DNA of 25,156 nt from Akkermansiaceae bacterium (GTDB lineage: Bacteria; Verrucomicrobiota; Verrucomicrobiia; Verrucomicrobiales; Akkermansiaceae), in the NCBI GenBank assembly GCA_051251915.1, contig JBPOGF010000033.1, positions 1-25,156 on the forward strand, in the 5' to 3' direction. Shown piece by piece: positions 17,833 through 25,156 of the stretch (the first letter of the stretch is position 1; each line of letters starts with the position of its first letter). The translations under genes and the position numbers were made by a program. A model generated the notes under the pieces. The model saw only the letters and a program-made list of their open reading frames with translations, was not told the DNA's origin and did no database searches.

Positions 17833-19551
17833 CTACTGAGCTGCCCGTATATCCCTTATCACCACCTGCAGTGAAGTCACACCACGGAAAGTATTCCTAT
17901 CGATCGTAAACGCCACATCCCACGGAGGATCCGGCAGATCCCTCTCACCACCACCAAAGAAAATCGCATCATGCTCCACCATACCCTGCCTCATAAATAA
18001 CTTCAAATGCTGGTTCTTCAGCCTCCTCGGAGCCTCAGTCAGCCACACCTGCTTACTCATAAACAAAGGCTGCGGATTCTTACTACCAAAAGGCTGTAAC
18101 AACTCATAACTATCAAGAAACTCCAACGACAACTGATCAAAATCTATCTCCGCATCCACATAGATCCTCGGTGCCCTCTCCTCCGCAGAAGTATGCTCCA
18201 GCACATATTTACCAAAGGCAGCCCGGAAATCATCCATCTTACCCTCATCCACACTCAACCCCGCAGCCATATCATGACCACCACCAGTGATCAAATATTC
18301 ATCACAAGCCCGTATCGCACCCACCAGACTCACTCCCTCCACAGACCTGCCACTCCCCTTACCAACACCATGCTCATCGATCGCAATGATAAACGTCGGT
18401 TTATAATACATCCGCATCAATCGCGAAGCCACTATCCCCACCACACCAGGATGCCAGTCCCTAGAACCAAGAACAATCACCGGATCATTCACCGGATCAA
18501 ACTCAGCCAACAACATCTTCATCGCCTCATCTCTAATCCGCTTCTCAAACTGCTGCCTCTCAATATTAAAATCATTCAACCTAGCTCCCAACACCTGAGC
18601 CTCCTCCACCGTATCCGCCATCAACAAGTTCAACGCCTCATCAGGCTGATCCATCCTCCCCGCAGCATTCAACCTCGGCCCTATACGGAACCCCACATCC
18701 ATACTCGTCAGCCTCCCTTTCAAATCCGCAATATCCTGCAGCGCCTTCAACCCATGATTCCTAGTCTGCGGCAACCTCGTCAACCCATGCCTCACCAGCA
18801 ACCTATTCTCCCTCACCAATGGCACAATATCAGAAATAGTCGCCACAGCCACCATATCCAGACACTCCTTCAGATCAAACTCCTCTAGCATCCGCTCCTT
18901 CATCAGCGCATGTGCCAACTTAAACACCACCCCCGCCGCACACAAATAATGATGATCCTCACCCAACTTCGGATTCACCACCGCCACACAATCCGGACTC
19001 CCAGCCTCACTCATCTCATGGTGATCCACCACAATCACATCTATCCCCTGCTCATTTAAAATATCAATCTCCCCCAGAGACGCCGTCCCACAATCCACCG
19101 TGATCACCAGATCCACACCACCCTTATCCGGATTATCTTTCTCAATAGCCAGCATCCGCTCAATAGCCAACTCACTCAACCCATAACCCTCCGCACCACG
19201 CCTAGGAATAAAATAACTCGCCTCCAACCCATACGCAGAAAGCACCCGCAACATCAGCGTCACACTAGTCACCCCATCCACATCATAATCTCCATACACC
19301 AAAATCCTCTCACCCGCATCTACCGCCCGCAATATCCTATCCACCGCCGCCTGCATATTTGGCAACTCATAAGGATCAGACAAATTCTGCAACTTAGGAT
19401 TCAAAAATCCATCCACCGCATCTACCCCCTGCACTCCCCTCTGAGCCAGCAACTTCAACAGAATAGCAGGCACGCCAGCATGCTCCACAATCGCGGAATC
19501 AGGCGTATCCTTCAGCATCCATTTCACCTCTGTCTCAGTAGTTTTACTCAT
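17833..19551 (-). CDS. recJ: Single-stranded-DNA exonuclease RecJ
   Basis: YGDYDVDG, TVDCG, DHH, RLNAAGRM, WHPGVVGIVASRL, GSGRS, GGHDMAAG, PFGSKNP. Confidence 0.97.
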   Translation of the reverse strand: MSKTTETEVKWMLKDTPDSAIVEHAGVPAILLKLLAQRGVQGVDAVDGFLNPKLQNLSDPYELPNMQAAVDRILRAVDAGERILVYGDYDVDGVTSVTLMLRVLSAYGLEASYFIPRRGAEGYGLSELAIERMLAIEKDNPDKGGVDLVITVDCGTASLGEIDILNEQGIDVIVVDHHEMSEAGSPDCVAVVNPKLGEDHHYLCAAGVVFKLAHALMKERMLEEFDLKECLDMVAVATISDIVPLVRENRLLVRHGLTRLPQTRNHGLKALQDIADLKGRLTSMDVGFRIGPRLNAAGRMDQPDEALNLLMADTVEEAQVLGARLNDFNIERQQFEKRIRDEAMKMLLAEFDPVNDPVIVLGSRDWHPGVVGIVASRLMRMYYKPTFIIAIDEHGVGKGSGRSVEGVSLVGAIRACDEYLITGGGHDMAAGLSVDEGKMDDFRAAFGKYVLEHTSAEERAPRIYVDAEIDFDQLSLEFLDSYELLQPFGSKNPQPLFMSKQVWLTEAPRRLKNQHLKLFMRQGMVEHDAIFFGGGERDLPDPPWDVAFTIDRNTFRGVTSLQVVIRDIRAAQ

Positions 19552-19719
19552 ATATTCTGCGCTCTATCCGACTCAAACTCACCCTAAACATGGAAAGTCT
19601 AACACAGCATCAAGCTAACTTCGTTTGGTAGAAACTAGACAGCATCGCCTCACCACTCAAGACACTTTCTAAAAATACGCCATTTAATCCTCCCACCGCC
19701 ATCCCCGTAGACTTATAGC

Positions 19720-20418
19720 CTAGGAACTTCCCCTAACAAACCTCACTGATTGATAAAAACTTACCCCTAATATCCTTAAAAAACCATATTTCTCCCCCCC
19801 CTTCACCACCCAACCTCGCTCCTTCAAATGTGGCTCGTAAGCATAAATCCCATGCCTAGCATTCTTCACAAACACCCTAAACACCAACAACGCCAAATTC
19901 CAATTCAACACCTGCAACCCACGCACCAAAACATTACCCCCAGCATCATAATAAAAATCCCCCACCACCAAGCTCCCCCCATCACCACATCTCTCTAACA
20001 GATAATCTAACATCCCCAACATCTCCCCCTCCTCAAACACATTCAAAAAGAAATTCACCACCACCCAATCAAACACCCCATCCATATTCCTAACATCATC
20101 ATGCACCACAGTCACCCGCGCCCGCACCACATCCGTCACCCCCGCTAACCTCCCCATAAACCTCTCTAACATACTCCCAGAAATATCCACCACCGTCACC
20201 ATCACCCCCGCCTCCGCAGCCAAAATAGCCTCCTCACCATGACCTACCCCCACAAAACAAACACTCACACTCCCACCCCCTAAATCCCTACCCTCAGCTT
20301 CCGCCACATCACCCATCTCCCCCACAAAAGCCCTCCTACACCTAGGTATCGCCCCCAAGCTGTAAACCCTGCTCAACAGGTCATAATACTTAGAAACTGG
20401 CTTATATAAATCACTCAT
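19720..20418 (-). CDS. Class I SAM-dependent methyltransferase (likely start ATG 20418)
   Basis: FVGVGHG motif I, VTVVDIS..ML, FDWVVVNFFL, GGSLVVGDF. Confidence 0.8.
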   Translation of the reverse strand: MSDLYKPVSKYYDLLSRVYSLGAIPRCRRAFVGEMGDVAEAEGRDLGGGSVSVCFVGVGHGEEAILAAEAGVMVTVVDISGSMLERFMGRLAGVTDVVRARVTVVHDDVRNMDGVFDWVVVNFFLNVFEEGEMLGMLDYLLERCGDGGSLVVGDFYYDAGGNVLVRGLQVLNWNLALLVFRVFVKNARHGIYAYEPHLKERGWVVKGGEKYGFLRILGVSFYQSVRFVRGSS

Positions 20419-20481
20419 CGTCGTTTGGTTAAGAAGCATTTATATCTTGATTTATCAGATAAATCTAGCCTATATATACAC

Positions 20482-21489
20482 ATGAAGATTTCTCTCATAT
20501 ATTGGCTTGCATCATGTCTCTCACTATTCGCAACCCCAGACTGGGCGGATAACACCAACGAGACCTACCTCGGATCCAACGAGAAATTCTACGCCACCTT
20601 CGTCACCGAAACCGACAACCAAGGCAGCTACTACGAATGGCGCGAAATCAAAAAACTCAACGAATACTCAAAAAAAGACGGCTCAGTAACCAACTCCACC
20701 ATCATCACAGACATCCTCTACTCCCTAGACGCCAACCACAACGACCCAAACACCCAACCCAAGATCACAAAATCCGTCCAAAAGGAAAACAAAGACGTCC
20801 TACTATCCACCCTCCTCACCAACTTCCACCTCCCCCTCATGCCTGCTAAAAAACCAGAATGGGTCAGCAGACTCAGCTGGCAAGAAGGCAACATCGTCCT
20901 CGATAAACAACTCGTTCTAGTCACCAAAAACATCCTTGATGGTCTAAAAATCCCCGTAGAAATTCTCTCAGAAGCCCCCCTACAGGACACCATCATGCAA
21001 GTCCACTCAGACGCCGAAAGCATCTACCTCCTCATCAAAATGGACACCGATACTGACTACAACACATACGTCCTCCACCTCTCAGAAGAAATCACCAAAC
21101 AACTCCGAGACCGCATCAACCTCCTAGACGAATACGTCTTCATCAGATCATTCAAAACCTTCCAAGAAGCAAACGCCTTCGGCCTAGAAGTTATCAAAAA
21201 CTCCCAAGCCAAACACTTCTTTAGCCTAAACCCAGAGATCTGGCTGTCCAACGTAGAAAAAGCCACCGACTCACCCTACCTCCTCCTACACCGCCCCCTC
21301 ATCCTCCCCATAGAGCCTACCCAGATCAAGCGCCTAGACGCAGCCATCGGCATCAATACCGCCATCATTAAAAGCACCCTCTTCATCGAAAAATGGATCC
21401 CCTTCGACCCCAACGCCGTGCCTCCAGCCCCAGAAGAAGAAGAGGAAGAAGGCGCCCCCCTAGACCTCATCGAAGAACCCATCGAGTAA
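20482..21489 (+). CDS. Hypothetical exported protein with acidic C-terminal tail (likely start ATG 20482)
   Basis: Signal-like MKISLIYWLASCLSLFA; host-type C/A-ending codons; PEEEEEEG tail; no family recognised. Confidence 0.75.
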   Translation: MKISLIYWLASCLSLFATPDWADNTNETYLGSNEKFYATFVTETDNQGSYYEWREIKKLNEYSKKDGSVTNSTIITDILYSLDANHNDPNTQPKITKSVQKENKDVLLSTLLTNFHLPLMPAKKPEWVSRLSWQEGNIVLDKQLVLVTKNILDGLKIPVEILSEAPLQDTIMQVHSDAESIYLLIKMDTDTDYNTYVLHLSEEITKQLRDRINLLDEYVFIRSFKTFQEANAFGLEVIKNSQAKHFFSLNPEIWLSNVEKATDSPYLLLHRPLILPIEPTQIKRLDAAIGINTAIIKSTLFIEKWIPFDPNAVPPAPEEEEEEGAPLDLIEEPIE

Positions 21490-21681
21490 CCCCCCACCAC
21501 GCCGGAGGTTTCCAACCACAAAGCCAACAAAACACCAAGCTTCATCGTCCACCACCAATGACGAATGACCAATCACCCCTTGACGGATCGCAGATCCCCT
21601 GACCTCAAGAACATCCCTAACCCCAAACTCACTCCCCCATTTTTTCCTCGTCCCCCGTCACAAATACCCTAACGTATTTGC

Positions 21682-23973
21682 ATGGAAAAAAATTCTCTCA
21701 AACAAGCTGCACTCGACTACCACTCAGAAGGAAAACCAGGGAAAATTGAAGTCATACCAACCACCCCCTACGAGAACCAACGCGACCTCTCACTAGCATA
21801 CTCCCCAGGCGTAGCAGAACCCTGCCTCGCCATCGAAAAAAACCCAGAAGACGCCTACAAATACACCGCAAAAGGCAACCTCGTAGCCGTCATCAGTAAC
21901 GGAACCGCCGTCCTCGGCCTAGGCGACATCGGAGCCCTCGCCGGCAAACCCGTCATGGAAGGAAAAGGCCTCCTCTTCAAAATCTACGCAGACATCGACT
22001 GCTTCGACCTAGAGCTCGACACCACCAACGTCGATGAATTCGTCCGCACCGTCAAACTCCTAGAACCCACATTCGGCGGCGTAAACTTAGAAGACATCTC
22101 CGCCCCAGAATGCTTCGAAATAGAAGAACGCCTCAAAAAAGAACTCAACATCCCCGTCATGCATGACGACCAGCACGGCACCGCCATCATCAGCGGAGCC
22201 GCACTCCTTAACGCCCTAGAAATCACCGGCAAAGACATCGCCAACGCCAAGATCATCGTCAACGGCGCCGGAGCATCAGCCATCTCATGCACCAAAATCT
22301 ACGTCTCACTCGGAGCCAAAAAAGAAAACATCTTCATGTACGACTCCAAAGGCCTCATCCACGGAGATCGCACCAACCTAGATGGCAAAAAATCAGAATT
22401 CACCAACTCCACCGTCCCCGCAGACACCACCCTCACCCAGATCCTAACAGACGCAGACGTCTTCATCGGCCTCTCCAGAGGCAACGTCCTCACCCAAGAA
22501 ATGATCACCCCCATGGCCACAGACCCCATCATCTTCGCCATGGCAAACCCCACCCCAGAAATCAGCTACGAAGACGCCAAAGCCGCCCGCCCAGACTGCA
22601 TCATGGCCACCGGCCGCTCAGACTACCCTAACCAAGTCAACAACGTCCTCGGCTTCCCATTCATCTTCCGCGGTGCCCTAGACGCCCGCGCCACCGAGAT
22701 CAACGAAGCCATGAAAATCGGCGCCGTCCACGCCATCGCAGAACTCGCCAAGAAACCCGTCCCAGACATCGTCAACATGGCATACAACGGAGCCAACCTC
22801 ATCTTTGGTAAAGACTACATCATCCCTAAGCCCGTGGACCCTAGACTCATCACCACAGTCGCCCCAGCAGTCGTCAAAGCCGCCATGAACTCAGGAGTCG
22901 CCCAGAACCCCATCAAAGACTGGGAAGCATACGAGCATCAACTCGCCATCCGCCTAGGCAACACCAGCACCCTCTCAAAAGTCATCGAAAACAAAGCCAA
23001 ACTAGACGTCCAGAAAATCGTCTTCGCAGACGTAGAAAACGTCACCATGCTCAAAGCCGCCCGAGTCGTCATCGAAGAAAAAATCGCCCAGCCCATCCTC
23101 CTAGGCAATAAAGTCATCATCGAAGAAATGCTCAAAGAGCACAACATCGAGCTACCAGGAGTCAAAATCATCGACCCCAAAAAATGCGCCAACGAAGCAG
23201 AAAAACAACGCATCCGCGACTACGCTGCCATCTACCACGACAAACAAAAACGCAAAGGAATCAACCTAGATGAAGCTTACAAATCCATCCGCTCCCGCGC
23301 CTACTACGGCACCATGATGGTAGAAACAGGAGACGCAGACGCCATGATCGGCGGCCTCTCCAGACGCTACCCAGACACCATCAAGCCCGCTCTCCAGATC
23401 GTAGGAGCCAAGCCAGGAGTCAAAAAAGTCGCCGGCATGCACATCCTCATGACCAAGTCCGGCCCCCTCTTCCTCTCAGACACCACCATCAACCACCAAC
23501 TAGACGCAGAAGACATCGCAGACATCACCGAGCTAGCACACACAGCCATCCGCAGCTTCGAGATCGAACCCAAGATAGCCCTCGTCACCTACTCCAACTT
23601 CGGCACCGCCAGAGAAGGAGCCGCCGCCCAGCTCATGAGCAAAGCCACATCCATCCTCCACCAGCGCCACCCAGACTGGATACTAGACGGAGAAATGCAA
23701 GCCCACATGGCCCTAGAGCCAAACACCCTCAAAAAATACTATCCATTCTCCAAGCTCAGCGGCCACCAAGCCAACACCCTCATCTTCCCTAACCTCTCCT
23801 CAGCTAACATCGCCTACAACCTAGTAGGCAGCGTCTCCAACCTAGACATCATCGGCCCCGTCCTCCTCGGCCTAAACAAATCCATCCACGTCCTCCAAAT
23901 GGGAGCCACCATCCGCCAAATCGTAGACATGGTCTCCATCGCCGCCATCCAAGCCCAAGCCAACAAAAAATAA
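21682..23973 (+). CDS. maeB: NADP-dependent malic enzyme with C-terminal phosphotransacetylase-like domain
   Basis: [60 protein letters not shown] domain DGEMQ...ANTLIFPNL; 763 aa. Confidence 0.96.
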   Translation: MEKNSLKQAALDYHSEGKPGKIEVIPTTPYENQRDLSLAYSPGVAEPCLAIEKNPEDAYKYTAKGNLVAVISNGTAVLGLGDIGALAGKPVMEGKGLLFKIYADIDCFDLELDTTNVDEFVRTVKLLEPTFGGVNLEDISAPECFEIEERLKKELNIPVMHDDQHGTAIISGAALLNALEITGKDIANAKIIVNGAGASAISCTKIYVSLGAKKENIFMYDSKGLIHGDRTNLDGKKSEFTNSTVPADTTLTQILTDADVFIGLSRGNVLTQEMITPMATDPIIFAMANPTPEISYEDAKAARPDCIMATGRSDYPNQVNNVLGFPFIFRGALDARATEINEAMKIGAVHAIAELAKKPVPDIVNMAYNGANLIFGKDYIIPKPVDPRLITTVAPAVVKAAMNSGVAQNPIKDWEAYEHQLAIRLGNTSTLSKVIENKAKLDVQKIVFADVENVTMLKAARVVIEEKIAQPILLGNKVIIEEMLKEHNIELPGVKIIDPKKCANEAEKQRIRDYAAIYHDKQKRKGINLDEAYKSIRSRAYYGTMMVETGDADAMIGGLSRRYPDTIKPALQIVGAKPGVKKVAGMHILMTKSGPLFLSDTTINHQLDAEDIADITELAHTAIRSFEIEPKIALVTYSNFGTAREGAAAQLMSKATSILHQRHPDWILDGEMQAHMALEPNTLKKYYPFSKLSGHQANTLIFPNLSSANIAYNLVGSVSNLDIIGPVLLGLNKSIHVLQMGATIRQIVDMVSIAAIQAQANKK

Positions 23974-24019
23974 TAAGATCAAATTTGCCTAATACTCACT
24001 CCCACCTACCTTACACAAT

Positions 24020-24817
24020 ATGAAAATCACCACCCTGCTCACCTGTCTATTCACCAGCTTACCTACAATGATAAACGCACAACAAGAACCCGCCCCCGAA
24101 ACAACTCCCCCAACCTACTTCGAAATCAGAACCTACCATGCCAACGAAGGAAAACTCGAAGACCTCCACAGCCGCTTCCGCGACCACACCTGCGCACTCT
24201 TCACCAAGCACAAAATGACCAACATCATCTACCTCCAACCCACAGAAAAAGACAACAACTCCATGACCTACCTCCTAGGCTATCCATCCAAAGAACAACG
24301 CGACGCCAGCTGGGACGCATTCAGAAAAGACCCAGACTGGGTAAAAGCCTACGCAGAATCCCAAAAGAACGGCAAATTAGTCAAAAGCGTAGAATCCAAC
24401 TTCTACACCCTCACAGACTACTCCCCTAAATTCTCACCACAAACACAAACACAAACACAAACACCCAACACCACCAACCACCTATTCGAGCTCCGAACCT
24501 ACACCACCAACAACGGAAAACTAGACAACCTAGACGCACGCTTCCGCGACCACACCTGCGCACTATTTGCCAAACACGGAATGAAAAACATCATCTACCT
24601 CCACCCCGCAGCAGGAGAAAAAGGCCACAGCACCACCCTAAAATACATCGTCGCCCACCAAGACCTAGAAACAAGAAACGCCTCATTCAAAGCATTCAGC
24701 CAAGACCCAGCATGGAAAAAAGCCAGCAAAGACTCAGAAAAAGACGGCAAAATCCTCATCAAAGGAGGCGTAAAAAACTCCTTCCACACCCCCACAGACT
24801 ACTCCCCACTCAAGTAA
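24020..24817 (+). CDS. Exported tandem two-domain NIPSNAP-family protein
   Basis: Signal peptide followed by two copies of FE(I/L)RTY...GKL..L..RFRDHTCALF.KH.M.NIIYL.P...DP.W.KA...S.K.GK...TDYSP. Confidence 0.88.
   Translation: MKITTLLTCLFTSLPTMINAQQEPAPETTPPTYFEIRTYHANEGKLEDLHSRFRDHTCALFTKHKMTNIIYLQPTEKDNNSMTYLLGYPSKEQRDASWDAFRKDPDWVKAYAESQKNGKLVKSVESNFYTLTDYSPKFSPQTQTQTQTPNTTNHLFELRTYTTNNGKLDNLDARFRDHTCALFAKHGMKNIIYLHPAAGEKGHSTTLKYIVAHQDLETRNASFKAFSQDPAWKKASKDSEKDGKILIKGGVKNSFHTPTDYSPLK
24438..24464 (+). repeat. In-frame hexamer repeat (CACAAA)4.5 encoding a QT linker
   Basis: cacaaa cacaaa cacaaa cacaaa cac between the two NIPSNAP domains. Confidence 0.85.
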
Positions 24818-24848
24818 TCAACCCATAATCCCCCCCCAACACCCCCCA

Positions 24849-24875
24849 AAGCCTCAGACCACCCCTCTGAGGCTT
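24849..24875. terminator. Stem-loop after the NIPSNAP gene, possible intrinsic terminator
   Basis: AAGCCTCAGA-CCACCCC-TCTGAGGCTT, 10-bp stem; the U-tract is weak. Confidence 0.5.
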
Positions 24876-24920
24876 CATCGTTCCCCCCCAAAAAAGCATC
24901 AGCCCCCACCACCCTAGAGC

Positions 24921-24992
24921 ATCATGCTGGACCATCATGCTGGACCATCATGCTGGACCATCGTGCCTGACCAATGACCAATGACCAATGAC
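24921..24992. repeat. Tandem 13-mer (ATCATGCTGGACC)x3 plus one degenerate copy, merging into heptamer (TGACCAA)x3.5
   Basis: Perfect copies at 24921, 24934 and 24947; degenerate copy at 24960; heptamers at 24968-24992. Confidence 0.9.
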
Positions 24993-25081
24993 AGAGCACA
25001 GCTCTACAAACGCTCCAAGCCACCCTATTATCCAACCAACCCCGCCCCAACAGGGCAACCTACGCCAGCCTAGGGCAACGC

Positions 25082-25156
25082 CCTGACTTTTATACATAAG
25101 TCAGGATGATTTTTGGAATGCTTTCCAAGCTTCTCCGTAAGCTTCTACTTTTATCA
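25082..25156 (-). mobile_element. Possible IS terminus or 3' end of a foreign gene at the window edge
   Basis: Abrupt loss of C/A skew; palindrome CCTGACTT-N8-AAGTCAGG (25082-25105); minus-strand frame ...IKVEAYGEAWKAFQKSS* ends inside it. Confidence 0.3.

Noticed and set aside
16097..18888. Long + strand ORFs 16097-16819 and 18193-18888, and similar His/Pro/Gln-rich shadow ORFs
   Set aside because: They are antisense to recG and recJ; the C/A-rich strand is depleted of stop codons, and the products are low-complexity.
24921..24992. Possible CRISPR or iteron array
   Set aside because: Units are 13 and 7 bp, head to tail with no spacers, and no rep or cas gene is nearby.

Overview
Bacterial chromosomal segment, plausibly from a Verrucomicrobiota-like organism (low-confidence inference). 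It opens with a 10-bp tandem repeat and a decayed IS5-family transposase, and ends in short repeats plus a possible IS end. Core genes are gdhA, purE-purK, recG, recJ and maeB. Four things stand out. (1) A co-oriented nhaA-sbtA-sbtB-purE-purK run sits opposite a small winged-helix regulator with an 11-bp palindrome between them, a candidate bicarbonate-supply module for purine carboxylation. (2) A UCA-anticodon tRNA-Sec-like gene has a 12-bp acceptor+T axis instead of 13 bp, with no sel genes in the window. (3) An accessory block downstream of that tRNA carries metR-mesX-mesD, TauE, a Fic-HTH with its own palindrome, an HNH remnant and an alpha/beta-hydrolase fused to a SAM-hydrolase/halogenase-type C-terminal domain. 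(4) Strand compositional asymmetry is extreme: the + strand is C/A-rich whatever the gene orientation. All calls come from reading motifs by eye; no database searches were run.
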